A stretch of 51,082 nucleotides of DNA. Origin: Nanobdellota archaeon. GTDB lineage: Archaea > Nanobdellota > Nanobdellia > SCGC-AAA011-G17 > JACPNG01. The translations under genes and the position numbers were made by a program. Where the stretch lies: the NCBI GenBank assembly GCA_038046345.1, contig JBBSWJ010000019.1:1-51082 (forward strand), written 5' to 3'. Position 1 is the stretch's first letter. Each line of letters starts with the position of its first letter. This document shows positions 48,832-51,082 of the stretch, piece by piece. A model generated the notes under the pieces. That model made no database searches and was not told the origin of the DNA. It saw only the letters and a program-made list of their open reading frames with translations.

Positions 48832-49404
48832 ATGATGAGGATTTATGTAGGATATGGAGATCCAATAGAAAAACAAGCGGCTGAAGAAATAGCTCCACTT
48901 TTGATAGATAACGAGTGTGTTAATGTTTTTAGTATTGTATATTCTATTCTTACTTCTGAGCCTAAATCACTTGATGATCTTTTTCTGGGGGCATTAAGCA
49001 GGGCTGGTCGAGCATTTAGAGGCGATAGTAAACTAAGTTTTGGTATAGTAAGCGGGTTATGGAGTTATGATGGTGCATCTTCCGGATGTTTTTATTCTAC
49101 ATTATGTGCGGTATATGATGGAAAAACACGCGCAGTTCCAGGTGTTTCGGCAGCTTTTGATGTACCTGAAGTAATTGTAGACTGTTTAGACCAAGGAGCA
49201 TCAGATATTAATGAAGCATGTTATCAAGCAGGGCTTCTTGAACGTAGCCAATCAATAGATTTATTAGGGGGGATTATAGGGGCTTTAACTGGTGGGCGGG
49301 TGACAAGAAAAGACATGGTAAAACAAGCGATAGAAATGGGGTTTATGCACTTTAACCAACGTGAGCTTTATAGTCAGCGTGGTAATAAGTTTTTAAGATC
49401 GTAG
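48832..49404 (+). CDS. YjjX/DUF84 (inosine/xanthosine triphosphatase)-like protein, apparently degenerate
   Basis: GALSRA, VSAAFDVPEVI and GGIIGALTGGRVTRKDMVKQAI resemble YjjX. The N-terminal NPxK and IExG positions appear as DPIE and IVSG. Confidence 0.6.
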   Translation: MMRIYVGYGDPIEKQAAEEIAPLLIDNECVNVFSIVYSILTSEPKSLDDLFLGALSRAGRAFRGDSKLSFGIVSGLWSYDGASSGCFYSTLCAVYDGKTRAVPGVSAAFDVPEVIVDCLDQGASDINEACYQAGLLERSQSIDLLGGIIGALTGGRVTRKDMVKQAIEMGFMHFNQRELYSQRGNKFLRS

Positions 49405-51082
49405 ATGTACGCAGCTTCTTTGTTTTTTAATAATATTATCTCATTAGGTTGAAATTGTGTCCTAACAAGATCTTCATCCTTTGGGAATTTTCCGGAGTTA
49501 GGTTTAGTATTTAAAACAATGTACCTAACAGTACGATTTAATGGTCTGAATGTTTCAACAGCGTCTATTAAAGATGGTTCTCTCTTAAATTCGTTTCTAA
49601 ATGCCTGGATCCATAAGTAATACAGTAAAGATTCTTCTTGCCGTAAATAATAGTATTCCATGTTTGAAGAAATAAATGTTTCATCATCATTCAGCAATTC
49701 TTTTAACTTGTTAGCAATCTCTCCAGAAGCAAATTGATTTGGGTTATTTTCTCCGTCACAAATCTTGTTAGCTCCAGCGCAGATGATCTGGTTTTCAGAA
49801 TCAAAATATGGAACTGTATTGTGAGCGATAGCAAATGAGAATATAATATAAGCAAAGAGGAACACACCAAAAGCTAGTTTTTTATTTTTAAAGAAGGATA
49901 AAAGCTTTGATTTTTCACAAAAGATTAAACTCATAATGAAAATAATTGGAATGCCATATGAAATAAAAACCCGGACTAATTCAAATGCAATTCCAAAGAA
50001 TAATGCAGCCAGTAAAAATGTTAACAGGTTATACAATAAGAATTTTTCATACAATTTTTTATCTTTTTTTATTAAAATTTTTATAAGAATTAATGCGCCT
50101 ATGACTAATAAGATGGTATCAATTACATTACTATGAGCAAAAAAGAAAACAAAATCTCTTCCTAATTGAACAAAATCAATTGATGGGGTGCTGATAGCAG
50201 GATTAAACTTACGATAAGTTTCTAATGTTGAAAAAAATGTGCTTGGAGATAATTTGAAAGGGAGCAGTGCAGCTATGACAAAAGCTACCAAAGAGGCAAT
50301 ACCAATCTTTAAAGGATTTGAAAGATTTATTTTTGATTCATCGTTAAAAGATCCATCAATCTTTGAAATAGCTTTTTTACAGAATGTTTTGACTGATTCA
50401 TAGTTCTTGTCCATTAGCAAGGATAAGATTAAAGCTAAGAGCGCACCACCATACCATTTTGTAGCCTGTGCTAGCCCAATAAGGAAGGCAGCAACAACAA
50501 AGAAAAAAAACTCTATTTTAGAATTATTATCTGCATGATAGGCCTTCCAGCAAAAATATGTTGCTAGTATAAACAAGAAGAATAATATTATATCTTCTTT
50601 AATCCACCGAGACATAACAAGCAGGCCAGGATAAAATGCGTAAAAAGATACAGCCCATAGCGCAGAAAAACGATTTAGTAAAGTAAATGCTAGTATGATA
50701 ATACCAAATAAAGATAGTAATCCAAAAATAAACATTGGAGCGTGGCAGTAACCAATAGCATTAATCATTTGTTTACCAACCAGAGCTTCACGCCCTGGAT
50801 AAAAAACAGGCGCGATATCACGAACTTGAGAAAAATCTTCTCCGGAGGTGATACATCCTGCCCCAATAATTAGATTTCCAAGCGGCGGGGCTGCATTAGT
50901 AGCTAAACCAGGAAAGTAATTGTACGGGGGATAAAACCAAAAGAGACTACCTGGAACTGCAGACATATCGTCGCCCCAATACCCCACATTTTTGTAATCT
51001 TCAAACCTAACAAAAATTCCAAGAATAATAATAAGCAAAAGAAAGCATAATACGAATTTGTCTTTGAATATTTTTTCTTTTA
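49374..51082 (-). CDS. GT-C membrane glycosyltransferase-like protein (PMT/ArnT-like), 5' end outside window
   Basis: YWGDD acidic loop, APPLG, SRWIKED, TKWYG and many TM helices. The frame stays open upstream of 51038 to the window edge. Confidence 0.75.
   Translation of the reverse strand, partial: KEKIFKDKFVLCFLLLIIILGIFVRFEDYKNVGYWGDDMSAVPGSLFWFYPPYNYFPGLATNAAPPLGNLIIGAGCITSGEDFSQVRDIAPVFYPGREALVGKQMINAIGYCHAPMFIFGLLSLFGIIILAFTLLNRFSALWAVSFYAFYPGLLVMSRWIKEDIILFFLFILATYFCWKAYHADNNSKIEFFFFVVAAFLIGLAQATKWYGGALLALILSLLMDKNYESVKTFCKKAISKIDGSFNDESKINLSNPLKIGIASLVAFVIAALLPFKLSPSTFFSTLETYRKFNPAISTPSIDFVQLGRDFVFFFAHSNVIDTILLVIGALILIKILIKKDKKLYEKFLLYNLLTFLLAALFFGIAFELVRVFISYGIPIIFIMSLIFCEKSKLLSFFKNKKLAFGVFLFAYIIFSFAIAHNTVPYFDSENQIICAGANKICDGENNPNQFASGEIANKLKELLNDDETFISSNMEYYYLRQEESLLYYLWIQAFRNEFKREPSLIDAVETFRPLNRTVRYIVLNTKPNSGKFPKDEDLVRTQFQPNEIILLKNKEAAYIYDLKNLLPR

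Noticed and set aside
1-51082. CRISPR arrays, tRNA/rRNA genes, prophage or integrase genes
   Set aside because: No regularly spaced repeats, cloverleaf or rRNA-like segments, or viral hallmark proteins were recognised.

Overview
AT-rich archaeal chromosomal segment. Archaeal origin is supported by an S_layer_N/C-type S-layer protein, an AglB oligosaccharyltransferase, class III signal-peptide pilins and TATA boxes about 20 nt before many start codons. A DPANN (Woesearchaeota/Pacearchaeota-like) host is an inference. The window is essentially one cell-surface superlocus: three pilin-like genes, the S-layer gene and aglB, followed by about 45 kb of glycan synthesis and tailoring genes. These comprise a GPT/AglH-like initiating transferase, GT-A, GT-B and three further GT-C glycosyltransferases, two NDP-sugar SDRs, a DegT aminotransferase, four SAM methyltransferases, seven radical SAM enzymes (four B12-binding, three SPASM/twitch-type), a DUF362 Fe-S protein, a nucleotidyltransferase, an alkaline-phosphatase-superfamily enzyme and two lipid-anchored glycoside hydrolase-like proteins. 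Interspersed are five toxin-antitoxin-type modules (three with a decayed toxin), a tnpA-only IS200/IS605 element with both end hairpins, and several ORFans. One B12 radical SAM gene carries a 125-aa mini-intein inserted inside its Fe-S cysteine motif. The best candidate for an undescribed system is the radical-SAM-rich glycan-tailoring pathway linked to aglB and the S-layer gene. No rRNA, tRNA or CRISPR array was recognised. All family calls are by-eye motif recognition, not database results.
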